Notes under the pieces: generated by a model
Databases searched by the model: none
Seen by the model: only the letters and a program-made list of their open reading frames with translations
Told to the model about the DNA's origin: nothing
Part shown: piece by piece, positions 1 through 10,904 of the stretch
Numbering within the stretch: the stretch's first letter is position 1
How the letters are laid out: each line of letters starts with the position of its first letter
Position numbers and translations under genes: made by a program
From: the human T2T-CHM13v2.0 reference genome, Homo sapiens
Assembly: GCF_009914755.1 (NCBI RefSeq)
Contig: NC_060926.1
Reading direction: 5' to 3' (one strand)
Length of the DNA: 64,000 bases

Positions 1-264
1 TGATGGGAGCTGACTGGCCCAAAAAGGATTCCCGAGGTGAGGGTAGAAAAGTGGGAACTACAGCAAATGGAACCCCCTGTTATGAAAAGGAGAGGCCAGG
101 AAAGGAATGCACCATTTTTGTCATGGCCTCCTTCTCCAACTCTCCTTGGGCTAGATATTTGGCTTCTCTGTGCTCTTCCATGCTCATACTTATCTTTATT
201 CCAGATCCAATTGCCTGGTAGCTTAACTGTTGCTTCTGCTTCTTCACCAGAAGATAAATTCTCT

Positions 265-360
265 CAAGGGCAAGACAAATGTCTGATTGCCTCTTTGCAT
301 CCTTGTGGCTTAGCACAATGCTTGGCATGCTATAGGCACTCAATAAATGTTTATGAAGTA
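265..360 (+). mobile_element. L2 LINE 3' end fragment
   Basis: 'cttagcacaatgcttggcatgctataggcactcaataaatgtttatgaa' resembles the L2 3' terminus. Confidence 0.65.
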
Positions 361-824
361 AAGTCAACCACAAACACCTTTCATTTCAGAATCTCAAACA
401 TAGGATAGGCAGGGCATAGTAAACTCTGCAACAAACCTGTTTCAGGCAGGAAAGCAGAAAGGGAACTGTCAGCTCCACCCATATCTTCTTTATTAGAGGG
501 ATGAATGGCCAGAGTCAAAGTCACAGAAGACAGGCAGGCATTGACAAGGCAGAGAGGTATGCAGCAACTTCTGGTTTGAGAGGTGCCTCTGTGGTAAGCG
601 AGATAAATAAAACTGGTAAATGATGGATCTCCTCAAGGAGATGAATTGAGCCAAGAGCTAGCCTTGGCTGCTGGTGCACACATCAGGAAAGCAGTATTTG
701 AGATCCGGGAGTCTTGTTCTTTATTAATAGGAGGATCTGGCTATGCCTCCTCATTTTCATTGCATTGAAAGTAATCACTAACATCATTATCATCTCATCC
801 CTTCTGATTCTGAAGGACTTTGAC

Positions 825-965
825 ATTTATAAAACAATCACATATGGTGACCCTCATAGAGGACAGACACCCTTTAATCTCTATTTTACAGGTGAGGAAA
901 CTGAGGAGCTTTTTCCAAATCACTAATTATGATAAGTGACAGAGTTGATCCTAGAACCCAAAATG
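825..965 (-). mobile_element. MIR SINE fragment
   Basis: Reverse-complement MIR core 'attttacaggtgaggaaactgagg'. Confidence 0.7.
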
Positions 966-985
966 CTGGCTAATTGTCCCATATC

Positions 986-1277
986 TTTTTTTTTTTTGGA
1001 GCGGGGAGTGGGGGACAGGGTCTCTGTCATTCAGGTTGGAGTGCAGTGATGCAATCACTGCAGCCTCCGGCTCCCTGGTTCAAGTTATCCTCCCACCTCA
1101 GCCTCCTGAGCAGCTGGGACTGCAGGCACCACCATGCCTGGCTAATTTTTGTAATTTTTGTAGAAACAGGGTCTCGACATGTTGCCCAGGCTAGTCTCAG
1201 ACTCCTGGGCTCAAGTGATCTGCCCACCTCGGCCTCCCTAAGTGCTGGGATTACAGGCATGAGCCACCTCATTGGCC
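986..1277 (-). mobile_element. AluJ-type SINE
   Basis: Poly-T tail, both arms, J-like 'gttgcccaggctagtctc..ctcctgggctcaagtgatc'; flanking CATATCTT at 980-987 and 1279-1286 (TSD). Confidence 0.92.
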
Positions 1278-1589
1278 TCATATCTTATTACGGTTTGTCT
1301 TGAGTTCAAAGCAAAATGCATTTCTTTGCTAATTTCTTTGGGTACATGGCTGTTTGTCTTCTCAAGAAGTTCGAGACCCCCGCCCCCACAACTCTGCAGC
1401 AGTCTCTGTATTTCCATCGATTTTTTATCCTATGGATACCCTGTTTTCCACCTTTGTTTGAAGGAATAGAAATTATAACCTGACCCTCAAATGAGTATCC
1501 AGAAAAAAGTGTACCACTTCTAGTCAGATTCCCTCAAAAGTTCTTTGTCAGATTTTAATTTGTTTGAAGGTCAACCAGATTCCTCTTTA

Positions 1590-1870
1590 TCCCTCAAGGT
1601 TCAGCATAAATGTCATGTACTCTGGAAGGTCTTCTTGAATTCCCCAGGCCAGGTTAGGTTCCTCCTTTGGAAGTTTCCATGGTATTCAGTACTTTTCTTT
1701 ACAGAGACATTAGCATAACCCTCTGCAACCACTTCTCAAAACAGTGCATGTACTGCCCCTCTACTGGTCTAAGTCACCTATGTGAGTACCATGTCAAGGA
1801 AAGCGAAGAACAATTGTCCCCAACTGCATTCCTGTGGCTTGCCCAAATTCTGACACACAGTGGGCTCCCA
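1590..1870 (+). mobile_element. L2 LINE fragment (degraded)
   Basis: 'tcaaggttcagcataaatgtca..ctctggaaggtcttc' and 3'-end-like 'ctgacacacagtgggctc'. Confidence 0.45.
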
Positions 1871-2124
1871 GCATTTTCCAAATCACAGACTCTGATTATT
1901 TCAGTTCTCAGACCTGGGTCCCAGAAGGGCTGCCTTCACTTTGGTTTCTCTAGGCCAGCAGCTTCTTGTATACCAAGTCCAAAATCTGGATCTCCTCAGG
2001 GGCATATTCTGTTGGCTATATTTCCCCCCACCCACTATGTATAGGGCAGAATTTCTTCTTTCACTGCATGTCTCATAAATTTTTGTTGGAAATTGGTCAT
2101 TCAATTTGCAATATACTATATATT

Positions 2125-2336
2125 ATTGTCATTCAATGTCAGTTTGAGATAATGACTTCTTGGTCTGTACATATAAACATTGTTGTAAGGATGATGCTAA
2201 TGATGAAAGCGCATGCAATATATATTTTTACATAATTTGGGTATGAACCTTTTTTGTGGGGGTTGGCTAACGTAGTAATAGTTGGTAAGATTAAGGGGAT
2301 GAGGGCTATTATAGTAGTGGAAGAATACATGTTTGT
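2125..2336 (-). pseudogene. MT-ND5: NUMT: 5' fragment (~70 codons) of mitochondrial NADH dehydrogenase subunit 5
   Basis: In the vertebrate mitochondrial code it reads ..[33 protein letters not shown], matching human ND5 ([31 protein letters not shown]); directly follows tRNA-Leu(CUN) as in mtDNA; start codon position is ACA. Confidence 0.96.
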
Positions 2337-2407
2337 AACTTTTATTTGGAGTTGCACCAATATTTTTGCTTCCTAAGACCAGTGGATGACTCTAATCCTT
2401 TAAAAGT
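2337..2407 (-). pseudogene. MT-TL2: NUMT: mitochondrial tRNA-Leu(CUN) pseudogene
   Basis: 71 nt; reverse complement ACTTTTAAAGGATTAGAGTCATCCACTGGTCTTAGGAAGCAAAAATATTGGTGCAACTCCAAATAAAAGTT aligns to mt-tRNA-Leu(CUN); anticodon TAG. Confidence 0.95.
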
Positions 2408-2769
2408 TGAGAAAGCTGACCGGGTGCGGGGCTCATGCCTGTAATCCCAGCACTTTGGGAGGTCGAGGTGTGTGGATCACCTGAGGTCAGGAGTTTGAGA
2501 CCAGCCTGGCCAACATAGTGAACCCTCATCTCTACTAAAAAAAAAAAATAAATAAAAATACAAAAATTAGCCGGGCATGGTGGTGGGCGCCTCTAATCCC
2601 AGCCACTCAGGATGCTAAGGCAGGAGAATCGCTTGCACCTGGAAGGCGGAGGTTGTAGTGAGCTGAGATCGAGCCACTGTACTCCAGCCCTAGCAACAGT
2701 GTGAGACTCCATCTCAAAAAAAAAAAAAAAAAAAAAGTTGAGACAGCCATGTTGTGGGCATGGGGGCAT
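2408..2769 (-). pseudogene. MT-TS2: NUMT: 3' half of mitochondrial tRNA-Ser(AGY), split by an Alu
   Basis: 'tgagaaagc' (2408-2416) and 'tgagacagccatgttgtgggcatgggggcat' (2739-2769) match the reverse complement of the mt-tRNA-Ser(AGY) 3' part. Confidence 0.85.
2418..2736 (+). mobile_element. AluS (Sx/Sq-like) inserted in the NUMT
   Basis: Full-length dimer with poly-A; TSD AAAAGTTGAGA(A/C)AGC at 2402-2416 and 2733-2747. Confidence 0.96.
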
Positions 2770-2955
2770 ATATTATACAGATAATATCTTGTAACAACTC
2801 TTTTATCAGATTTCTCCACAGCCCAGTGTTCATGGCTGTTGCTGGTTTGTTGCTGTTTTTCTTGTTGTTGCGTGTTCATGTAGTGACCTTCCTGAATTAA
2901 TTCTGTCTATTCTGTTTTCCTGGGAGTTTGCAGCTTCTAAGTTCTCTTCTAGCTC

Positions 2956-3276
2956 TTATTTGTTTTTATTTTTGTTTGTTTGTTTTCTTCTGTTTTGAGA
3001 CGGAGTTTCACACTGTCGCTCAGGCCGGAGTGCAGTGCTACGATCTCTGCTCACTGCAACTTCCACCTCCCTGGTTCAAGCTATTCGCCTGCCTCAGCCT
3101 CCTGAGTAGCTGGGACTACAGGTGCATGCCACCATGGCAGGCTAATTTTTTGTATTTTTATTAGAGACGGGTTTCACCATTTTAGCCAGGATGGTCTCGA
3201 TCTCCTGACCTCGTGATCTGCCCGCCTCGGCCTTCCTAATTGCTGGGATTGCAGGCATGAACCACCATGCCAGGCC
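2956..3276 (-). mobile_element. Alu (Sc/Y-like)
   Basis: 'ttagccaggatggtctcgatctcctgacctcgtgatc'; T-rich tail. Confidence 0.93.
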
Positions 3277-4785
3277 CTTGTTTTTGTTTTTTAGTTCTTG
3301 TTTTTATTTTTCAATCCTGATTCCTAGTGATTATGTCTCTGTCAGTATAATTTAGTGGCCAGCCAATGAGTGGTCAGATTTTAAAAAATGCTTTGCTATG
3401 TGTCTTCCTCCCTTTGCCAAAGGGACCTATGTGGATACCTTGAACTTCAAGCATCTTACAAGACAGCCTTAGCTTTTACTTCCTGCTTGTGCAGGGCCTC
3501 AAGGTCAGTCATAGGTGAGTGATTGGTGCTCTCTTCTTTCCGAGGTCTTTTTCGGCATGTACACATCCATGCACATGAATGCAACCTTGAAGATTCCCAG
3601 GAGCATGTAGGAGATTTTCAGAGTCTCTCTGATCTTCTCCAAAATTTGCCATTAAATTCCACACCAAGCTCTTCTTTGCTCCAGCTAAAATCGCAACCTT
3701 ATGCAGCTGAGAGGTCATCAACAATGTGCTGTCGTTTTGGTCATGCGCTGGAGTTAGCCCTGCTTCTCCCCAAACCAGCTGAGGTCTGACTTCAATTAAA
3801 TAACCACCACACTGTGAGAACAGAGATTTGTCAGGGCAACATGACTTTAAACAAAGTGTTGACTGTGCTCTAATAATGGTGCTTTTTTAATGGAACGTCA
3901 AAAGTTCTCAGATCTTTCAATTGTCTGCAAGACTGCAGGCTTCTGGCCACTGGACCACTGGACCACTGGACTGGGAAGAAGGGGAAAAATGGAAACATCA
4001 AATACCCCACATCTTCCCGAGGCTCAGTAGTTTCTCTCGGGTAGACAATTTTCAGTTCTTCAATGGCTTAGGTTAATTGCTAGAACTCTGAAATGGTTGA
4101 TTTTAGTTATTTTGCCTGTATTTATGTTGTTTTAGAGAGAGAGAGAATCTACCAGGTTCCTCAATCTGCAATTCTGGAAGAGGTAGTGAATGTGTAGTTT
4201 TGAACTTGTGAGTGTTGGTGGGATTTTGAATGAATCGTGCCACCTTACCAGCTATGGAAAAGGATGTTGGCTAATTAGTGGCACAAAAATAGGATACAAG
4301 CAATCTAGGAACTTAACCAAAAAAATTGTTTTAATTACTCTGCAAATATTTACTTACACGTAAACAACTGCAGTGATCATCACACATTTTTCTTATCTAT
4401 CTAAAGTGAATTTTTAGGTTTGTGTTGTTGCAGTTGGTGGCCATGGTAATGAGTTGTGTATGTCTTGTGAACACTTTTTTGGGGTAAAGTCAACTATTTT
4501 TAGAAACTGAAAGCAATAATTTTGGTGTTTACTCCTGTTAATCTCAATTATTGAGGAGTACACAGAGTGTGGCTGATGTATGAATCTCAGCTGTTGGGGG
4601 AGCCGTGTGCCCCACTCTCCCATATACTATGTAGATTCTTTTCAGAATGCTTTGTTGGCCCATTGCTGGATTTTATTTTTTAATGTTTTATTCTGAAGTA
4701 ATTTCATGACTTATTTGGCATTACAGGAAACAAGCCAGTGGTAAGAATATTTAAGTGGTTAGGTAAGCAAAGCTGAACTGTAAAA

Positions 4786-5015
4786 CTTTTTTTTATTAAA
4801 ACAGTTTTTATTTCAGTCTTTTTTGGGGAGAAAAGGTGGTATTTGGTTTCATGGATAAGTTTTTTGGTGGTTATTTATGAGATTTTATGGCACCCATCAC
4901 CCAAGCAGTGTACGCTGTACCCAATGTGTAGTCTTTTGTCTCTTACCTGCCTCCCACCCTTCCCCTTGAGTCCACAAAGTCCATTGTATCATTCTTATGC
5001 CTTTGCATCCTTATC
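4786..5015 (-). mobile_element. L1PB-like 3' end
   Basis: 'gcacccatcacccaagcagtgtacgctgtacccaatgtgtagtc..aaagtccattgtatcattcttatgcctttgcatcct'. Confidence 0.85.
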
Positions 5016-5977
5016 ATTGCTGGCTTTTTAAATAAGGGAATCTATGAGGCATTTCTTACTAATTCCATTGATGTTTATTTTTCTGTTCCGTTAATCACTA
5101 GAAACAAGGGAATATTTGTGGCTTTGCTCATGTTAACTTTTATCTCTCACTGAATTCTGGACACGCTAAGTTATATATGTGCTGCACTTCACTTTTCTAC
5201 CCTCTTCAAGACAAAAACAGAAAAAAAAGTTTTCTAGTCACAAAATGTTAGGCAACTAACGTTTATTGCCTGACTAATCATTTTACTTTATTGACTGAGT
5301 AATCATTTTATCTACATGATGCCACTGGGAGGTAGTAATTTGTGAAATACCACCTTGGACAATTCATTTTCTTTCTCCGCACAAGGCCTGGGGATGCTTC
5401 GAGCCAGATTGTGCTAAAGAATGTCATGTTTCCAAAGGATAAGGTTTATCTTCCATGAAACAGACCATTTGCAAAATTAATAGGTAAATTAGCAAAGTGC
5501 AACAGCCCATTAGACCCACTGTCAGAGTTTAGAATCTGAGTTGGGGAAAGGAAGTAAAAGCTAAATGTGTAAACAGAAGTACCCTGAAATGACAGCAGCT
5601 GTCATTCTGTGGTGGAGGGTTGCAGCTGCTTAAACAAAGCCAGCGGAGTGCTGTTAACATGCAGTCCTGTCAATATCTGAATATACACTCACAGGGCAAA
5701 TGCATGGGCTATAAGACCAGAGCTAGGAATCATGCTTACTCAGTGTATGTTAAAAACATTATACTGCAGGGAAAGAGTCAGAGCTTATATCTACCAACCA
5801 TTTCTTCATTTATTTGAAAAGTTTCTATTGAACACTAGCTGTGCTGAAATTTTAATAATCCTTACTCTATACCAAAGCTCTGGGTATGGCCATCCTTTTC
5901 TCCCTGGAGAGCTGACTTTCTCTTGTAAACTGGAAACAGCTGCCTTGATAGCCAAAAGGTTATTGACTATTTTGGCT

Positions 5978-6140
5978 TAAGCATGGACTTTACAATCAAA
6001 TGGACTGTTTGAAAGCTGTGTGACCTTGGAAGGTTTTTGAGGCTTTCATTGTAAAGTGAGGAGGATCCCACCTTGCGGAGTAGTCTTGTGATGATTAAGC
6101 GAGAAAAATCTATGCAATACTCATCATAGATAGCTCTTAT
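5978..6140 (+). mobile_element. MIR fragment
   Basis: 'agctgtgtgaccttgga..gtcttgtgatgattaagcgag'. Confidence 0.6.
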
Positions 6141-6144
6141 TTAA

Positions 6145-6370
6145 TTATTAGTATGTGCCAGGCAGTGTGCTAGGAGATCTACATATAGCATGCCATTTAA
6201 TTCTCACAACAAACTGTAAGGTGGCAATTATTATGATCCACAGCTTACATTTGGGGAAACTGATATTTAAGAGGTCACACAAGTTGTCCAAGGTCACTGA
6301 GCTAGTGAGTGGTGAAAGTGGACTTGAGATCCATGACATCAGGCCCCAAAGCCTTGACTTTTAATCACCA
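6145..6370 (-). mobile_element. MIR
   Basis: 'tatgtgccaggcagtgtgcta..catttaattctcacaacaa..ccaaggtcac..gctagtgagtgg'. Confidence 0.8.
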
Positions 6371-7153
6371 GGCCTTCCTATGCTTACAGATGGTAGCCCT
6401 CAACAGATGCTGGGTTCCTTCTTTGTCCTTATTACCCACTTCCACCCCTCATGCCTGCCATAGGAATTAAAACTCTTCAAAGTACTTTTCTAGATAGCCT
6501 CTGAGGTACACAATCTTCACATTGGTTAATAAAGGTTGTTGATCTTCAAAATGTAAATTGCTTGTGAGCCGAGACACCCCTGGATGAAAATCCCCTCGGA
6601 TACTTCTTGTAATTCTGACTGCAAAAGTGCAGGGGGTTCATTTCCCTTTTCCTTCTCATATAAATTAAAGAAGACACATTATTTCCATTTTCCTGTCTCA
6701 GATCTTGCCTTCTCCACTATTTTGGAGGCTGTGCAGAATAAATACTGTAAAATGGCTCATTTCTGCTTACACTTTATTTCTTAGTACCCACATAGATCAT
6801 CTCAATCACCTATAGAAATATTTGTGTCAAAGGCTAAGGCAGCTGATAAAATATTTTCCTTGTAGGTTATGCATCTGAGTATCCCAGCATCTCTTCATTG
6901 AAAGAAAAATAGTTACATTTGGTGATTGTGATGACTTAAGGTAGTGAAAATATTTTTACTGCCAACAAAAGCAGTTTTATGGTGCTCAATCCTGAATCAC
7001 TAAAATCTGGATTTTCAGTAGAGCAAATTGTACTGCTTATAACTGAGGTTTTTTAAAACGAATGCAATTTATTATCTAGGCAGTCTTCTGTGGCAGATTT
7101 GTCTATGTGGTTAATGCCTCTAAAGAGTCTGTAGACACCCAATATCTAAAGTA

Positions 7154-7154
<1 letters not shown>

Positions 7155-7185
<31 letters not shown>

Positions 7186-7190
7186 CGTGT
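7155..7190. repeat. (GT)11(GC)5(GT)2 alternating purine-pyrimidine tract
   Basis: Read directly. Confidence 0.95.
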
Positions 7191-7843
7191 TATTGAGCAT
7201 TCCTGTGATAGCGAGGGAATGAATGGCACATAAGCTAAAATGCTGAGCTCCTAATTTATGTAAGATTCAGAAGCCTCATGTTATAATTCTCTTGAGTCCT
7301 CATTTTTTTTGCTGTTTTTTCCCTCCGCTTTCTAAGTTTCTTATTCTATAATTAACTTTTCATAAATTTAGGTCATCTTCACAATTTTATTATGAAGACC
7401 TCACAGTTGTTTTGAAGCAATTGAGGTAATAGAATGTTGGACATAGAATTTAACCCTTGGCCCATCTAATTCCAGAATTTCTTGTCATACTACCTTCTGT
7501 AGAAATTGGTGAACAGTCTCCTACTCTTAAATAGAGACAGTAGTGTCTGGGGTGAGTGGGAGAATTCAATTCAATCTTTTATTTATTAGTGGCTTACTTT
7601 TTGCTCAGCACTCAGCTGTGAGCTGGCAACTGGGGAGAGGTACACAGACACTAGATAGTTCAGACCCAATTCCTTTCCTTAAGAAAATTATCATATATTT
7701 TGGAGGAGTGGAGTAAAGAAGGCAGCATGATCTCAAGAAAGATTTAAAGGACAACATGACACTTATTTGAACAGCAGAATTCTGGAAGCAAATTAGTCTT
7801 GTGGAAATTTAGAAAACTGAACTGAAGGGGTAGGAGGATACTT

Positions 7844-8186
7844 TGTGGTAGACTGTGATTTAATGGATGTGCTAAATACTCCCCAAAGATGGCTCACCTA
7901 TAGAAGAAAAGGACCTGGTACCGGAGAGAGGGAAAGATCCAGCTTCCCCTTTGTTCCAGATGAGCCCAGCCTTGTCAACAGTCCTTTCCCACATGACAGA
8001 CATGGGAGTGAAGTTATCTTGGACATTCCAATCCCAGCTGCCATCTGACTGCAGAAGTTTGGGAAGCTCCAAGAAAAACTAGAAAAAGAACATAGTCAAC
8101 CTGCGGAGTTGTGAAAAATAATAAAATAGTGCTTTAAAGCCACAGCATATTTGGGGTGGTTTGTTATGCAGCAATAGATATGTGGA
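7844..8186 (+). mobile_element. MLT1 (MaLR) LTR, internally deleted
   Basis: Starts 'tgtggtagact'; ends 'tttaaagccac..ttggggtggtttgttatgcagcaatagata'. Confidence 0.75.
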
Positions 8187-8325
8187 GCTTTGAAGATTTG
8201 ATATAATCTAGACAAGTCGACCAGAATTATAAGCACCAGAAGTTGTGAGAAATAATATGAAATTTATTGACTTCCGATACAAGTTTTAAATACATTTTTA
8301 AAAATCCCAAGTAAATTCTATAAAG

Positions 8326-8442
8326 CAGCACTGCCCAATAGAACTTCCTGAAACGGTAGAAATGTTCTTAGCTACACTGTCCAATATGGCAGCCACTAGC
8401 CCTGTGGGTGTAGAGCACTTGAAATGCAGTCATTGCGAATGA
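8326..8442. mobile_element. MER3-like hAT-Charlie DNA transposon fragment
   Basis: 'cagcactgcccaatagaacttcctg..ctgtccaatatggcagccactagcc..gagcacttgaaatg'. Confidence 0.75.
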
Positions 8443-9428
8443 TCTTTTTGCAATCCACAAGTTGAGTTGATAGGAGAGAAATTACCAGAGTTTGTGGCTA
8501 TGTTCCTTCTAGGTTTGGCGTGTGATTAGTTGGGTACCTGGGGCTAGAGTTGCAACGGAGAGAAGGGCCATAGTGCCACTAATTCTCTCCATGCCAGTGT
8601 CTCTCAAATCATGGTATGTAAGATTGGGATACCTGTTAAAAATCTCCCACACAAGTTCTTCTGCTTGAAGAGCCTGAGCACTGCATTATAAGAGGGAGTC
8701 TGGATTAGGTAGTGCAGGTGCAGTCTCTATACTCAGGTCTTCACTTAACAACCACCCAATTTATCTAGATGACTGTGGGTGGTGTTAACAGCTAGGCCTT
8801 CCTGAACAGTTATTAAGCATTTCATTAGATATGTTTAACATTCTTTAAGACCTTTTAAATATTACCTGTTTTTTCTTTAATCTGAAATGTGCTACTCTGC
8901 AAGTTTCATTATGGTTCATGGGTTTCCTTTTCACACGGAATTACATTTTTCTTAACTTCCTCTCTTGAGTGCTTGGAGAATATTGATGTGAAAGGTGGTT
9001 GGTAATCACAGGAAGCAACTTCTATATTCAGAAAGGATGGTACTTCCTGATCATGGAAACTATGGAGAAACTTGTACGTGGCAAGTAGAGAGATCTGATT
9101 GAACTACAAAAAGTCTGTAATGAAAAATAGCTATTTTCCTTTAGAACATACTTTCTCTCAGGCAAAAACCCTGATTTTAATGAATATAGAATAATCATTT
9201 GTAATATTAGTTACCATGTACATAAAATTAGGGTAATAAAATGTGGAGGTATGTTATGTGTTTTTAATAGATTAAATTTGCCCTGTTTTGTTATACTGAG
9301 GTAGACATTTACTTATCAAATTATGTATTCAAAAATTGAAGAATTTATTCAAGTACATTTTACTAGTACTAATTCTGAATTGATAGTGTTCAAATTTATG
9401 AAACTCCTGTAGTCATCAAAAGCAGGTG

Positions 9429-9818
9429 AGAATCCTAGGGTCACACCCCCTCCAGACCTTGCTTTATTTCCTTGTAGACATTGAAGGAAGCATTGCTAGC
9501 TATAAGATAGTCTTTCCTGGGATTTTTCCATAAATTCTCTACTGCAAATTTCATACTATAACTTAACTCTGTATCAATTGCCAACAACAAAGACGGCAAG
9601 ATTCTCTAATTGGACTTTGTTTTGTTGAAATACAGCTATGATAGATTCTTTTGGCAATAATATCTTTGGAAATGCTGGAATAAAGTTTTTTTAAAAAAAC
9701 GAATAGAATCCTGAGGGCATATGGGGAGTCTAGACCTTATTTTTTCCTTGAAGATATTGGAGGAAACATTGCTATCTATGAGATATTATTTGCTGGGATG
9801 TTTCCATAAATCGCTACC
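9429..9818 (+). repeat. Diverged direct duplication (~115 bp, offset 276 bp)
   Basis: 9468-9535 vs 9744-9811 align without gaps at 58/68. Confidence 0.85.
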
Positions 9819-10554
9819 ACTTGAGGTATTATTTTCATAAATTTGCTAAAGGGGGCAAAATTCAGGGAAAACATCAGTTAGTCTGGATGACTATTTTAGA
9901 AAAAGGAAAATGCAGAGGAGTGAGTCAGATAGAATGACGTAGAATTTTAGGATAAGTCATAGAATGTTGGGTTCATGAGGAAGCACATGATAATTCAATT
10001 AATACAAAAAGGAAGAATCCATTGTACGATTGGAAATACTATGAGGCTGAGTTCACTCGGGGACATGCAGTTAGCTAGCAAGTGTCTGGGGAAGGGGAGG
10101 AATTACAAAGCAGAGCTGTGAAATATCTAATCAGATGGACCTTTTAAACAATAATGTATTGCCAAACTGATGAAAAGTCATTACCTTTGAATAATAGCCC
10201 ACATCTGAGAGTTAATTATTACAGGGTGAGACTATGGGTGCCTCATGCGGACAAGGTCAATTATCTTATACCTATTAAAATGTATTATGAATAATTCACA
10301 GGTAAAAGTTAGCTGTAAAACACGATAAAAATAAAAGGTGAGGAAAACATTGAATTCAGTGGTAATGTATTTTGATAATAGCAGGCAGATAATTATACGA
10401 GGATAATGTTCACACATAGGATATGAATAATTACTAGTCAGATTGGTCTTCTTAAATGAACACAACAACCCCTGCCATTCTCCTGCTTCAGAGAACTGTC
10501 ATGTTATTGCTTTTAATGTCACTACTGTTTCTACTTTGCATGCCACCACGCCCA

Positions 10555-10870
10555 GCTCAGTAGACATTTATCAAATATTTACTCTTTCCTTGGGTTTATG
10601 TCAATTCCTGGGGATTCAGTGGTAAGACCAGAGCACTGCTCCTTGGAAACTCACAGTCTGATGCAGGAGATAAATCAGTAAACAAATAATTTTAAACAAA
10701 ATAACCATTATCGGGATGAAGATATTTGTAGAGGCCTAGCCCTGGGAATGGATTCTTGAGAGAGATTAGGACTGAGCAATTCTTGGATCTTGGAAGGTGA
10801 ATGGGAATTGACCAAGCTAAGATGAGGTCGGAGGAGGCATGTGGCTAGAAGGTGAAGTTGGGTCATCAGC
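10555..10870 (-). mobile_element. L2 fragment
   Basis: 'ctggggattcagtggtaagac..tggaaactcacagtctgatgcaggaga..taaacaaataatt'. Confidence 0.65.
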
Positions 10871-10904
10871 AAAGGCTCTGTAACATAAAATAGTATCTGG
10901 TATT

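Larger units (their letters stand above)
2045..4180 (-). mobile_element. Old L1M (L1MC/L1MD-like) 5' region, interrupted by a NUMT and two Alus
   Basis: 'tgcatgtctcataaatttttgttggaaattgg' resumes after the NUMT as 'ataatatcttgtaacaactc'; 'cttcctgcttgtgcagggcctcaaggtcag' and terminal 'gagagaatctaccaggttcctcaatctgcaattctggaag' resemble L1M 5'-end consensus. Confidence 0.65.

Noticed and set aside
974-1303. Alu-derived ORFs (also at 2607, 2928, 26548, 27830, 32447, 33046, 40122, 42487, 45356, 57498, 58461, 60059)
   Set aside because: Typical translations of Alu sequence, not genes.
2139-2360. 73-aa ND5-like ORF as a functional gene
   Set aside because: It is a truncated NUMT: its listed start lies inside the tRNA-Leu copy, and it stops at a TGA that is Trp only in the mitochondrial code.
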